DNA of 64,000 nt from Octopus sinensis (GCF_006345805.1 NC_042998.1:164486001-164550000); one strand, 5' to 3'; shown: positions 39,511-52,548, numbered from the stretch's first letter. The notes: generated by a model from the sequence alone, not told the origin. Numbers and translations are program-made.

Positions 39511-40374
39511 TACACACATATGCATACATATATATGTACCTGTGTGTGTGTTATACTAGTTCCTTCCATCACTTGTCAACCGGGGTTGGTTTATTTACTG
39601 CCATGTAATTTTGCGGTTCGGCTAAAGGATCAGATCAAACAAGTACCCGACTCAAAAATAACTATTTAGATCGATTCTTTTGACTGAAACCCTTCACAGC
39701 GGTAACCCCGGATGTCAACAGTCCAATGACCGGGACAAGAAAGCGACAATAAATAAAAAATAAAAATAAAAAAAAACAGTCTCAATTAACAAGAGAATAT
39801 CTGTGACATTACTGAATATCCAAAACCCTTCAGTCACACCTACCCGTTTAAAAGAAGGCAAGAAGGAACACATCAATACACTGGTGATCATTATTCAAGG
39901 CTGGAATTTCTATGGCTATAGTCCTAATGTAGATCAGTGTGAATGCGGTGAGGAGAAGAGGAGGGGGTTAAACAACAGCTAAAACAAAATAAACAACAAA
40001 GTACAGCTGTTATATATTTGGTAACGTAACTGTGACAGTAGAAACGGCAGTGGTCGCTGTGAAAGTGGAATTGTAAGGTGACTGCGTGCAGTTCCCTCCC
40101 TCATATGAAAATGCTTCTTATGTAAACTTTCTTAACAAGAAAAACGAAAGACAAAACAAATTTTGATGGGAAACGTGAATAAGGAAAAGAAAACTGAGAG
40201 AGGGACTGAGAGTTCCAGTGACACACACAACACACACCTATACATATATATAATTTTTTTTCAAAGGCAAACCCTATTTCTTCCCATCGAGGGCTTATAA
40301 ACTCCAATATTAGACTATTTACCTTAGTCAATACACGGTGATCGCTTATAAGCTTTAAGTTTATAAAATATTAT

Positions 40375-40417
<43 letters not shown>

Positions 40418-40510
40418 GGTCCCGGGTTGATTCGGGGTTAACCACAGTAAATAAGGTACTCAATACATAGCAGAGTAAAATTAATTTATTATATAGAAGG
40501 AGCTTCTACA

Positions 40511-40564
40511 GGAGCTTCCTGATGATTTCTCTTGAATGAAACAGTTCTAGTCCTGTGAAGCTCC
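40511..40564 (+). ncRNA. decayed type I hammerhead motif (cleavage-site base deleted) in a PLE-like fold-back
   Basis: GGAGCTTC-CTGATGA-TTTC TCTT GAAT-GAA-ACAG TTCTAGTC CTGT-[A missing]-GAAGCTCC. The inverted copy at 40487-40513 retains the A (TTCTACAGG). Confidence 0.6.
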
Positions 40565-40567
40565 TTC

Positions 40568-40614
<47 letters not shown>

Positions 40615-40619
40615 ATATA

Positions 40620-40950
40620 ATAAAACTGGTACTCCGTCGGCTACGACGAAGAAAGTTCCAGTCGATGAAATCAACGGAACAGCTTGCTCGTGAAATTAAC
40701 GTGCAAGTGACGGAGCACTCCAAAGAAACGCGTACCCTCAACATAGTTCCCAGGGAAATTCAGCGTGATACAAAATGTGTCAAGGCTGGCCTTTTGAATT
40801 ATAGGCACTACGTATTCCTGTCAGCTGAGTGGACTGAACCAACATGAAATAAAATGTTTGGTTCAAGAACACAACAGGGATCGAACTCACAACCTTACTT
40901 ACGATCGTCGTGAGCCGATTACCCTAACCACTAAGCCACGCGACTTCACA
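40620..40950 (-). mobile_element. SINE with a family C head and the 30000-type tail
   Basis: Reverse-complement head GTCGCGTGGCTTAGTGGTTAGGG...GTTCGATCCCTGTTGTGTTCTTG; tail ACTCCGTCGGCTACGACG...CTCGTGAAATTAACGTG. Confidence 0.8.
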
Positions 40951-41099
40951 AAACATATATGTATATATATTACCGCTATTTTATATTTTCAATTTTGCGC
41001 GTTTGCCTTGTTTGTTTTTGATTTTGTCGACCATACAGTATAGAACGATCAGTTGGACTCCGTCTGTGAGAAAATCAGCTCCATGACATAATTCACTCT

Positions 41100-42245
41100 G
41101 CCAGAAATATGGGAACGACATGTTGTGCTGCTTAGCATTCGCGCTGGAAGGTCCAGTACGAACTTTTCATGGTGTTTGGGTGTCGATCTGAGGATTCGAA
41201 AAAAGTTGGAACAGTCTACTGCAGCTCGGAAAGTACGGCAGCTCGGAAGTACGGCAGCTCGGAAAACTCACTCTGATCGTTCTAATAAGAAAAGAACTCA
41301 TTAATTTGTTGGTGAGATCCAGGCCATGATTGATAACGATACCTCCAAGTCAATCAGGTCCATTGCCAGGGACATGGGAGTGTCTGAGTTTCTTATCAGG
41401 CAGGTAGTGCATGAAAACATTCGGTATTCCTCATACAAGACGAGAAAGGTTCAATTGTTATCCCAAGCCATCAAGGACAAGAGGAATGATTGCGCTTCGA
41501 AGCTTTTGAACAAACTCAAGCATCCCCTCAAACCGAACATGCTTTGGTTTTTCGAGAAAAATTTCTGCCAGGATCAGAGAGTGGACACACAGAACAACCG
41601 TTGGCGTGCCGTATCCCCAAACATGTACCGAAAACATCCTGTCAACATCATGGTGTTTGGAGGGATCAGTAGTGATGGCGATGTTATACCTGCATTTATT
41701 TTCCCACACGGCCTCAGACTCAACACGGAGGCCTACAGCAAATGCCTGGAGGGGGTAACTGCTCTGGGTCAAGAGGTGGGGCTACTGGAAGACCTTGTGT
41801 CTGGCAACAGGACTCTGCACCATGCTACAAAGGCAGGAGAACCCAGTCATAGCTGTTAGATAATTTCTGCGACCACATCACCCCTAACATCTTGTCACCT
41901 AACTCCCCAGACTGCAACTCACTTGATTATTATATGTAGGATGCAGTTGAGCGAGAGACCAACAAAACTGTTTGTAACATCAAAGATAAATTGAAGGCAA
42001 AGATTATGGCAGCATTCACCAACTTAAACAAGGAGACCGTTCCGAAGAGTTGCACGAGATTCCGAAGTCGTCTGGAGGTCATGTTTGAAGCCAATGGCAA
42101 TTTTATTGAATAAATTTACTCCTAGTATTTCAAGATATTTTAAAGTAATTTTGGTAAATATGTCTGTTAAAAGGAAATGCCAGTATTATTATTATTTTTG
42201 CGTAATTTAAACGATTAAACGACAATTTATTCCTCGCACCCAGTA
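41100..42245 (+). mobile_element. Tc1/mariner superfamily maT-type (DD37D) transposon, pseudogenised
   Basis: SIRSIARDMGVS HTH, HPVNIMVFGGISSDG, then WQQD(41811)SAP...SPNSPDCNSLD(41925) with exactly 37 residues between the second and third D. Ends EANGNFIE* (42113). Right TIR-like CACCCAGTA at about 42245. Confidence 0.92.
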
Positions 42246-42269
42246 TATGTATGTAATATATATATATAT

Positions 42270-42308
<39 letters not shown>

Positions 42309-42562
42309 TAGCAGTAGAGGTACAGGTGTCCATCCATTACGGCCGTTTCTAACGACACCTTAATTGATTACTGAAAGTATTGTATCATTATAAAGAAACC
42401 GTTTTCGTCAGATGAATTCATGAACTTCAAAATAAAGGACATTCAAAATGATTTCACACAGTTAAAAAATCCACGGAGCAAAACATTTTCAGTCATTCTG
42501 CTACTTGTTCAGGTGCTTCAATTTATGTATCTAATTTAACTGAATCTTATTTATATTTTATA

Positions 42563-42642
<80 letters not shown>

Positions 42643-42653
42643 TCTCTCTCTCT

Positions 42654-42811
42654 AGGAGTGGCTGTGTGGTAAGTAGCTTGCTTATCAACCACATGTTTCT
42701 AGGTTCAGTCCAACTGCGTGGCCCCTTGGGCAAGTGTCTTCTACTATACCCTTGGACCGACCAAATCCTTGTGAGTGGATTTGGTAGACGGAAACTGAAA
42801 GAAGCCCGTCG

Positions 42812-42852
<41 letters not shown>

Positions 42853-43101
42853 ATGCATGTATATGTATATGTAAATATGCGTGTGTGTGTGTATGTTTCT
42901 GTGTCTGTGTTTGTCCCCTACCGACGCTTAACAATCGATGCTGGTGTGTTTACGTCCCCGTAACTTAGCGGTTCGGCAAGAGACCTATAGAATATGTACT
43001 AGGCTTACAAAGAATAAGTCCTAGGATCGATTTATTCGACTATAGGTGGTACTCCAGCATGGCCGCAGTCAAATGACTGAAACAAATAAAAGAATAAAAG
43101 A
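42654..43101 (+). mobile_element. SINE family A, full length, after (CT)n
   Basis: AGGAGTGGCTGTGTGGTAAG...CCAGCATGGCCGCAGTCAAATGACTGAAACAAATAAAAG. Confidence 0.9.
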
Positions 43102-43103
43102 CT

Positions 43104-43136
<33 letters not shown>

Positions 43137-43362
43137 CAAATACGCACGCGCGCACGCGTGTGTGTATCTACATGTTTATGTGTGTGTATGGGGAAAGAGA
43201 AAGTGCACATTTAAATCCAATGAGCTGGAGATAAAGAGAAATAAAACCTGGTTAAAGAAGGAAAGATATCAGAAGTAAGACAAAGAATGAATAGAGAATA
43301 AGATGTTTAGATGCGTATTGCATGTTTGCGTGTGAGTGAGTTAGTGTGAAGACGAGAGAGAA

Positions 43363-43411
<49 letters not shown>

Positions 43412-43979
43412 AGAGAGAGAGAGTAGAGAGAGAGAGAGTGAGAGAGGAAGAATGAAGAGAACAGGAACGAAAGCTTTGACACATCGTGGACAAAAGTCAA
43501 CAGGAAGGGAAGAGAAGAATTAGCTGCACTGAAAGATTTGTTTGTCAGCTGTCCACCTGCACTAAATGATGTGTCAAATGAATAACGTGAGGGACAGCGG
43601 TGGCGGAGGCGGCGGCGGCGGTGGTGGTGGTGGTGGTGGTGGTGGTGGTGGTGGTGGTGGTGGTGGTGACGGTGATGGTGGTGTTACTTGGGGATGCTGA
43701 TACTGCTGTTGATGGTGTTGGTGGTGGAAGTTAATAATGATGATAAAAGCAACGATGGCGATAAAGTGTGGGTGGGTTTTACTGTGTTATTTCCTAACAT
43801 AAGCAAGCACAAGGCCACACAGCTTGCGAGGCGAGAGTGAAATCGTCAATAATAACGATCTCCTCCCTTGCCATTATTTTAAATGATACCTATTTTATCG
43901 ACGATCCGGAAGTATTAAAGTGTTAAAGCGACCCCGGTCTAAAGTGTTCAGAGTGGCATTGATATATGACAGCAAATGT

Positions 43980-44656
43980 GGCGGCAAGCTGGCAGAAACG
44001 TTAGCACGCCGGGTGAAATGCTTGGCGGTATTTCGCCTGCCGCGGCGAGCTGGCAGAAAGGCGGCGAGCTGGCAGAAACGTTAGCGCCCCGGGCGAAATG
44101 CTTAGCGGTATTTCGTCTGACGTTACGTTCTGAGTTCAAATTCCGCCGAGGTAGACTTTGCCTTTCATGCTTTCGGTGTCGATAAATTAAGTAACAGTTA
44201 CGCACTGGGGTCGATGTAATCGACTTGATCCGTTTGTCTGTCCTTGTTCGTCCCCTCTGTGTTGAGCCCCTTGTGGGCAGTAAAGAAACAGGTATTTCGC
44301 CTGCCGCAACGTTCTAAGTTCAAATTCCGTCGAGGTCGACTTTGCCTTTTATCCTTTCGGGGTCGATTAAATAAGTACCAATTACGCACTGGGGTCGATA
44401 TAATCGACTTACTCCGTTTGTCTGTCCTTGTTTGTCCTCTCTGTGTTTAGCCCCTTGCGGGTAGTAAAGAAATAGGTATTTCGTCTGCCGTTACTTACTG
44501 AGTTCAAATTCCGCCGTGGTCAACTTTGCCTTTCATCCTTTCGGGGTCGATTAAATAAGTACCAGTTACGCACTGGGGCGATATAATCGACTTACTCCGT
44601 TTGTTTCTCCTTGTTTGTCCTTTCTATGTTTAGCCCCTTGTGGGTAGTAAAGAAAT
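43980..44656 (+). mobile_element. SINE family B trimer with a duplicated head and a TSD of about 21 bp
   Basis: ATATATGACAGCAAATGTGGC (43962-43982) and ATATATGATAGCAAATGTGGC (44657-44677). Three tail-1 units. Confidence 0.9.
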
Positions 44657-45223
44657 ATATATGATAGCAAATGTGGCTAACGATAGCAGGACTGATTTCT
44701 ACATGTAAAGACTATACAACGGAATTAAAACTTAGGAGCCGATGACACATTACGCGTCCGGAAGACAAGAGGAGTAAACGTGCTATCTGTCAGTCTACAT
44801 TTTACCTTTACCTTTTATTTGTTTCAGTCATTAAACTGTGGCCATTCCCAGTACTTTATATTTGAAAAAAAAAAAAAAAAAAAACTGCTTTCTACCAAAT
44901 CCACTCACAAAGCTTCGGTCAGCCCGAGGCAGTGGTAGCAGGCGCTTGCCCAAGGTGCCACGCAGTGAGACTGAACCCAGAAACATGTGACTGAGAAACA
45001 AACTTCTTACCACACAGCTGCGTCTGCGACTATGTTAGAAATAGCAGTCAAGTCGCTCTTAAATTATAACATGCTGTTATTAAAAACAATGGAAGTACAT
45101 TGAATAATATTATGTAGCCATAAACAGTGTAGTCCTACATACACAATATTTGCAAAAAACTTGATAAGTCGTTACGTGCACGGTGAGCAGCGGTATTCCA
45201 AACGATGATTTTCATATTCATTT

Positions 45224-45441
45224 TTAACCCTTTAACATTTCAACTGTCCAAATCAGATCCATATATTCTACGTTTTATGTTCAAACTGGCCTCTTATACC
45301 AACCATAAAATATCATTAAAAAAATATACAATCAACATCATTGAAATCTTGAAGCTATAAGATGTACTTCCATTAATTCAAACCAATTCCAATAAATAAG
45401 CATTATGTTTGACTTAGTAATCCAAATGCTAAAGGATTCAA
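45224..45441. mobile_element. piggyBac-type (TTAA-CCCT) MITE, decayed
   Basis: TTAACCCTTTAACATT at the left end, AATGCTAAAGGATTCAA at the right end. Confidence 0.6.
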
Positions 45442-46374
45442 ACGCAACTATGCCTTTCGTTGTTCGCTTCGTAGCAGAAGAGCTTCTCTTTTACGACGGC
45501 TACGTATTTGTAACAAACTCGCGTCACTAGTATAAAGGATACTGAGACACCGGTGTTTCGATATGCTGTGTCTCGTCAGTCACAAGTAACCGGACCTATG
45601 GATCTTAACATTAGACGTGATGAAATATTTTTGACAATAGTCTACTCGATCAGAACTCCTACAGCTGAACAAAAACAAGAAAACCTGCTGGTTGTTTGCA
45701 ATATCAGCGACTGAAAGGACACTGATATTTTGTATATTGTAACAACGAGATATGACTGATATGAAATCACCAGACGCCTGCCACCGAGGAAGTCCAGTAG
45801 ACTGAAAACACGCGATCTAGCAGTTGTGACGCCTATAATAGACGACTCTCATCTGCTAAGATATATGTCTGAACAATCAAACCAATGGTCAAAGGCGTTA
45901 CAGTCGTGATTATCCCCATTTACTTTCAGATGCAGTTTTTCTCGGATTACACTGTCCAATGTGTTCTCAACTTCAGGCACCAAAGTTTTGCACACGTAAA
46001 TTGTTCAATCTTCTATTACTTCGTACTTCAAGCAATGAAGCTACATTCCTGAATTCTAATGTGTCTTCCCTGCTCCATTTATGTATGTTACGCATCTAAT
46101 ATAGCATGTAGGGAGACAGAGAGCGTATTATATAATCAATAGGCACCATCGTATTGGATGACATTTTTTGCTGACTGTATTTAAAATTTGTATGGCGTGA
46201 ATCATTTGGATAAGATACGAGACACGCAAAGGTTTGTGTCCTGCGTTATGTCGAAAGCAAGATACGGCGCGGTTTAGAACCAAAATGTAAAAAGTATGGA
46301 GAGATAGCGCAAGGCATTTTGTGCGACGCTCTATCGATCCTGGGTATCCACCTCCCTAACAACAGCAACAATAA

Positions 46375-46920
46375 TATTTTCTAATTCCGGCGCAAGACCA
46401 GCAATTTTGATAACATTGATCTCAGTGCTTGACTCTGTACATTATTCTATCGATCTCAGGAAGATAAAAGATAAAACTGAACTCGGCGAGTTTTGGACAA
46501 AGGATGCAGAGTCAAAAGAAATGTCATTAAGCATTTTGTCCGAGGCGCTAACAATTCTGCCAACTTGCCGCTTTAACAATCTCATGGCCAACACAAAGCC
46601 AGTAATTTCGGGGTAAACCGATTGTATCGATTTCAAGTACTTAAGTATCGGCTCCGAAAGGATGGAAAGCAAAGTCGACCGCTAAGCATTTCGTCGGCGT
46701 GCTAACGATTCTGCCAGCTCGTCGCCTTAATAATTCCAATAATAATTTTTTCTACTAAAGGCACAAGGCCTGAAGATTTGAGGGAGTGAGTTAGTCGATT
46801 ACATCGAACCCAGAGCTCAGCTGGTACTTATTTCATCGAATCTGAAGAGGTGAAGGACAAAGTCAACCTCGGCGGAATTTGAACTCAGAGCATAAAGAAG
46901 GACGAATTGCTGCTAAGCAA
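46375..46920 (-). mobile_element. cluster of three decayed SINE family B copies
   Basis: Three successive reverse-complement matches to GCACAAGGCC...GTCGAC/GTCAAC...GAATTTGAACTC. Confidence 0.75.
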
Positions 46921-47418
46921 TAACAGTTGGTCACATTTTTAATCACTTCTATCTCACTTTCTCTCTACCCGCTCTTTCTCTTTCTCCCCCCCCTCTCTCA
47001 CTCTTTAGTCCAAGTGAATGATCGGCAAACAGATCTCTGGAGCCATAGTGAATTAAAAACACTGGCAATCCTGAACTGCATTGCGGTTTGGAGACAAGGA
47101 TCTCAACTCACCCTATGATCAGTTTAGTCAAACAAATGGCGGGTGCGATGTGCTAGACAAGCAAATGTAGATGATTTTCTGATAGAATGCGGTTAGTATA
47201 CAAGGTAACTATACGTTTATTTATACATGTATACTGCCTAGAATAAATATTTGTACTATCATAAAAAAAAAAATTTTTCGTTTCCTTTTCTTTTCGACTA
47301 GCAAAACTTGTAGTAGATATGAATATATATATATATATATATATAATATATATATTATATATATATATATATATTATATATATATATATATAGATATATA
47401 TATATATATATATATATA

Positions 47419-47456
<38 letters not shown>

Positions 47457-47841
47457 ATATATATATATATATATATATAGATATATATATTTATATGCAT
47501 TTATGGGTACAGGACATCACTAACTGTGCAATAAACATGAAATACGAAAACAAACAAGTTCAATGCATAACCAACGAGAAAAATATGGAAAACAGGACAA
47601 GCAAACACAGAGAAAGGACCCTCCATCACCTGTCGGCTGTCTATCTACATATCATTTCGAGCATTCAACGACAATATGAGTTTTCAAAGGCAGTTGCTCC
47701 CATAAATTCGAATTATGGAGGGTCAAAGCCGGAAACAAAAGCAGAGAAAACGAGCGAAAACAAGCATTGAAGGTCGTTAGACCAGAACGAGAGGAAACAG
47801 TGAACGCTGGAAGAAATACAAATGTATATATATATGTATAT

Positions 47842-47889
<48 letters not shown>

Positions 47890-47928
47890 ATATAATATAG
47901 CGAGAAAGAAGCAACAAGAATGGATAGG

Positions 47929-48020
47929 TTTTTAGTACAATCGTTTCATACAAGGACAGGCTTTATTAAAAGTTGCAAAAATTACAGCATATAAACGTGT
48001 CCCGTACTCATCAGCTAAAA
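47929..48020 (-). ncRNA. type I hammerhead ribozyme motif with an intact core and a long (60-nt) stem-loop II
   Basis: TTTTAG-CTGATGA-GTACGGGACA...TGTCCTTGTAT-GAAA-C GATT G-TA-CTAAAA. All core nucleotides are canonical, stem I is 6 bp, and the triplet is GUA. Confidence 0.85.
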
Positions 48021-48257
48021 TACATGTGAGTTCTCTAGACATCCTAGTGGTTGAGGCTATACTCATGAAGTAATGTAGATAATTAAGTAACATAAACAGA
48101 TTTCCAAAGTCATTAAAGTTCTTTAAAGATGATGTACAGTCTTATCACAGAATTTTAAAAAAGTTTTAATAGCATCACAGAGAAGGTGACCTAATCCATA
48201 GTGCACATATGAATTTCCAGAGATATGATGAGGAAATTATATATATTATATATATTA

Positions 48258-48299
<42 letters not shown>

Positions 48300-48487
48300 C
48301 GGGCTCCCAGTTTCTGTCTACCAAATCAACTCACAAGGCTTTGGCCGACCCGAGGGTTTAGTAGAAGACATTTGTCTAAGGTGCCACGCAGTGGGGCTGA
48401 ACCCGGAACCATGTGGTTGGGAAGTAAGCTATTTACCACACACCCACGGCTGCGCCTATATATTCATATATATATGCATGCATATAC

Positions 48488-48536
<49 letters not shown>

Positions 48537-49563
48537 ACACACATATATGCATATATATTTACAATATTTACACACACACACATGATTAAACGGACACATA
48601 CACACATATGCATGTGCGTTTGTGTATTTATACTTGTATTCAGCAATGTGTAAAATTTTTGTTTATATGTGTATATTATCGAATACAATGGCGTGTAACA
48701 ATTTTTGCTTACACACATATATACAGTACACTGACGCACACGCATACGGATATATAGATATGCTTGCATGTTTGTGTGTGTGTATGTGTGTATGTGTGTG
48801 TGTGTGTTTGTATGTGTGTGTATATGTGTGTGTAAGTGTGTGTAAGTGTGTGTGAGAGAGAGAGAGAAGGAGAGGGAGAGATTGTATGAGACAGTGTCAA
48901 ACCGATGTGTCTTTTCTTTTCTTCGTTTACGCCAGCTGCCGGATTAATATTTAGACCGGGTAGAGTCGGGTGTTTATTTACATATGTATTTATATAGTTT
49001 GAATCAACAGTGACACCCAGGTAGAAAGGTGCCATAATGTCTATTATATGCAGCAAGTTGCTTACCACCAATACCATCACCAAAACTACCACCGCCACCA
49101 CCATCACCATCGCCATTAACACAAACACCACCAACAGCATCACCAACATCATCATCGTTACTATCACCAACACTTCAGCAACGCCGTCGACACCACTAAC
49201 AGCACCGCCCTAAACAACCAATGCATCTGCCACCACTACCACTGCCAGTGCTTCCGCCACCGCCACCACCAGAGCCGTCACCACTAGCACTGCTGTTAGC
49301 ACCAATATCATCCTCACTTCCGTTACCACCATCATCACCAACGACTCAACAAGAGAGCATCTGTAAGAGCACATAACGGACTAGAAATAGCAGCTAGACA
49401 TCCCTCAAATCAAAAATATTATTCTAAAATAAGGGGGAAAGGAACGTTGGTTTTTGTATTCCTGGATACAGATTTCTAAGGATGCTTGAACGTCTAGAAA
49501 TGGTAGTTACATTTACCTCAAATCACAAAGACCTTCAGTAAGAAAAACACATACGCAAACACA

Positions 49564-50215
49564 TAGGCGCAGACGTGATTTTATGGTAAGGAGATTGCTT
49601 TCCAGCCACATGGTTCTGGGTTCAATTCCATTGCGTGGCATCTTGGGCAAGTGTCTTATACTATAGCCTCGGACCAACCAAAGTCTTGTGAGTAGATGTG
49701 TAAATTTGGTGTCGGAAGCTGAAAGAAGCCCGTCGTATGTATATCTACAGATCTACTCACAAGGCTTTGGTCGGCCCGAAGCTATAGTAGAAAACACTTG
49801 TCAAAGGTACCACGCAGTGGGAGTGAACTCGGAACTATGTGGTTGGGAAGCAAGCTTCATACCATAAAACCACTTCTACCATCTCTAGACGGTCAAGCGC
49901 CCTTAGAGATCTGTATCGAGGAATACTATAACCAAGGTTGCTTTATTCCTCTTATTTAAAAATGTGTGTGTGAGTGTGTGACTTTCTGTGTTTGTTTTCC
50001 TGCCCCTCACCACCGCTTCACAACCGGTGCTGGTGTGTTTATGTTCCTGTAACTTAGCGGTTCGGGAAAAGACACCGATATAATAAGTACCGTGCTTTAT
50101 ATATATATATAATTACTGGGGTAGATTCATTCGACTAAAAGAAATTCTTCAAGGCAGTGCACCAGCATGGTCGTTGTCTAACAACTGAAACAAGTAAAAA
50201 ATATCAAAGATATAA
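49564..50215. mobile_element. SINE family A fragments: + head (49564-49738), - head (49752-49870), + body/tail (49975-50215)
   Basis: Direct and reverse-complement matches to the family A consensus. Confidence 0.8.
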
Positions 50216-50439
50216 AACATAAAATAATACACACACACTGGATAAAGTAGCAGCCATAAAGAGACCGGATGGTCACGGCTGGAATGTCTTAGGGTTGACC
50301 TAGGTTGATTTTACTGTATTTGTCTGTGCTGTTCAAATACGTGTCACAGGTCAAACTGAGTTATTTTTCTTGATTTTTGTTTAAATTATTCCAATAATAG
50401 AATCAACATTGACATCGGCGCTAACATCCTTCCTCTCTT

Positions 50440-50890
50440 ATATCACCATCAGCAACACCACCACCACCACCACCATCACCACCACAACCATCATTTCCTC
50501 CACCACCCCCATCACCTTCACCACCCCACAACCACTACCATCACAATCACCACCACCGTTACCACTACCACCACCACCATTACTATCACCACTATCACCA
50601 TCACCTCCACCATCAGTATCACCGCCATCATCACCATCATCATCACCCCACTATCACCACTACCAGCACCAGCACCACTATCACGCCTTACTGTCACCAT
50701 CATTGCCATTGCCACCATGGCCACCACCATCATCACCACCACCACCACTATCACTACCATCAAATTGCCATCATCACCAGCACCACCGCCACCACCAACT
50801 CCACCATCACCATGACTTCACCACTACCACTATTATCACCCCCCATAACCATTGTCACCACCGGCACCACCACCACCTCCACCACCGATA
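50440..50890. repeat. cryptic (CAC/CAT/CCA)n trinucleotide tract
   Basis: Read directly; explains the Pro/His/Thr-rich spurious ORFs. Confidence 0.9.
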
Positions 50891-51004
50891 TGAACAAAAC
50901 AAATGTATACCGCCACCATTGCTGTCTGTCTGTTTGTCTGTTATTACGTAGCAATAATACCCCATCAACTCTAGACTGACTCCTACAACATTTTACCATC
51001 ACTA

Positions 51005-51600
51005 AGACGGCCAGCTGGCAGAAACGTTAGCACGCCGGGCGAAATGCTCAGCGGTATTTCGTCTGAGTTTTCCGCCGTGGTCGACTTTGCCTTTCATCCT
51101 TACGGGGTCGATTAAATAAGTACCAGTTACGCACTGGGGTCGATATAATCGACTTAATCCGTTTGTCTGTCCTTGTTTTTTTCTCTGTGTTTAGCCCCTT
51201 GTGGGCAGTAAAGAAATAGGTATTTCGTCTGCCGTTACGTTCTGAGTTCAAATTCCACCGAAGTCGACTATGCCTGTCATCCTTTCGGGGTCGATAAATT
51301 AAATACCAGTTAGGCACTGGTGTCGATGTAATCGACTTAATCCCTTTGTCTATCCTTGTTTGTCCCCTCTATGTTTAGCCCCTTGTGGGCAATAAAGAAA
51401 TAAGAAACGTTAGCACGCCGGGCGAAATGCTTAGCGGTATTTCGTCTGTCTTTGTGTTCTGAGTTCAAATTCCGCCGAGATCGACTTTGCCTTTCATCCT
51501 TTCGGGGTCGATAAATTAAATACCAGTTGCGTACTGGAGTCGATCTAATCGACTGGCCCCCTCCCCCAAAATTTCGGGCCTTGTGCCTAGAGTAGAAAAG
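51005..51600 (+). mobile_element. SINE family B trimer (tail1-tail1-tail2)
   Basis: Same architecture and junctions as 2797-3391. Possible degenerate TSD TTTTACCATCAC / TATTAACATCAC. Confidence 0.9.
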
Positions 51601-52196
51601 TTATTAACATCACCGTCGCCACACCCCGACCACCCGCACCATCACTGCTACCATCACTACCAACACCATTCCCCCCATAACCGCCACAGCCATCACAACG
51701 ACCAACATCACCAACAGTGAAAAGCCAGTCATTTGTATTACCGTTCACCTTGCACTTGTTTTATAGTCCTTGGACTGCGGCCATGCTGGGGCACTGCTTC
51801 GAAGGGTTTTAGTCGAACAAATCAACCGCAGTACTTTTTTTTTTCAAGCTGGCACTTATTCTATGCTTCCTTCTTTTTTCTTTTGGCTTTTGGGTTTATT
51901 TTTGTTCTCGACCGAACCGCTAAATTGTGGAGACGTAAACAAACCAACACCGGTTGTTAAGCGGTGGAACGGGGAACAAGCACACTCACAATGACATTCA
52001 TGCGCAAGCACACACATACGTACACATGTATACATGTGCAGGCGTGGCTGTGTGGTAAGAAGTTTGCTTCCGAACCACATGGTCCCGAGTCCAGTCCCTC
52101 TGCGTGGCACCTTGGGCAAGTGTCTTCTACTATAGCCTAAGATCGACCAAGGCCTTGTGAGTGGATTTGGTAGACAGAAACTGAAAGAAGCCCGTC

Positions 52197-52281
<85 letters not shown>

Positions 52282-52514
52282 AAACAAGTCAAAAATAGAA
52301 AATGCTAAGATAATTTTATAGTGAATCTTTCAGTACCGGTTTCGGTCATTTTGAGACCTTTTCAACTGTAACGATTAAATAATTAAATTTAGAAAAATTA
52401 GAAGAAAAGTTTTTTTAAAAGAATATTTCTGTAGTAGTGTTCAGATATAAGTAGCATTCTGCCTTTCTCTGACTCCCTTGTTTGCACTTGTGTGTTCGAG
52501 GTCGTTCGAGGTCG

Positions 52515-52548
<34 letters not shown>

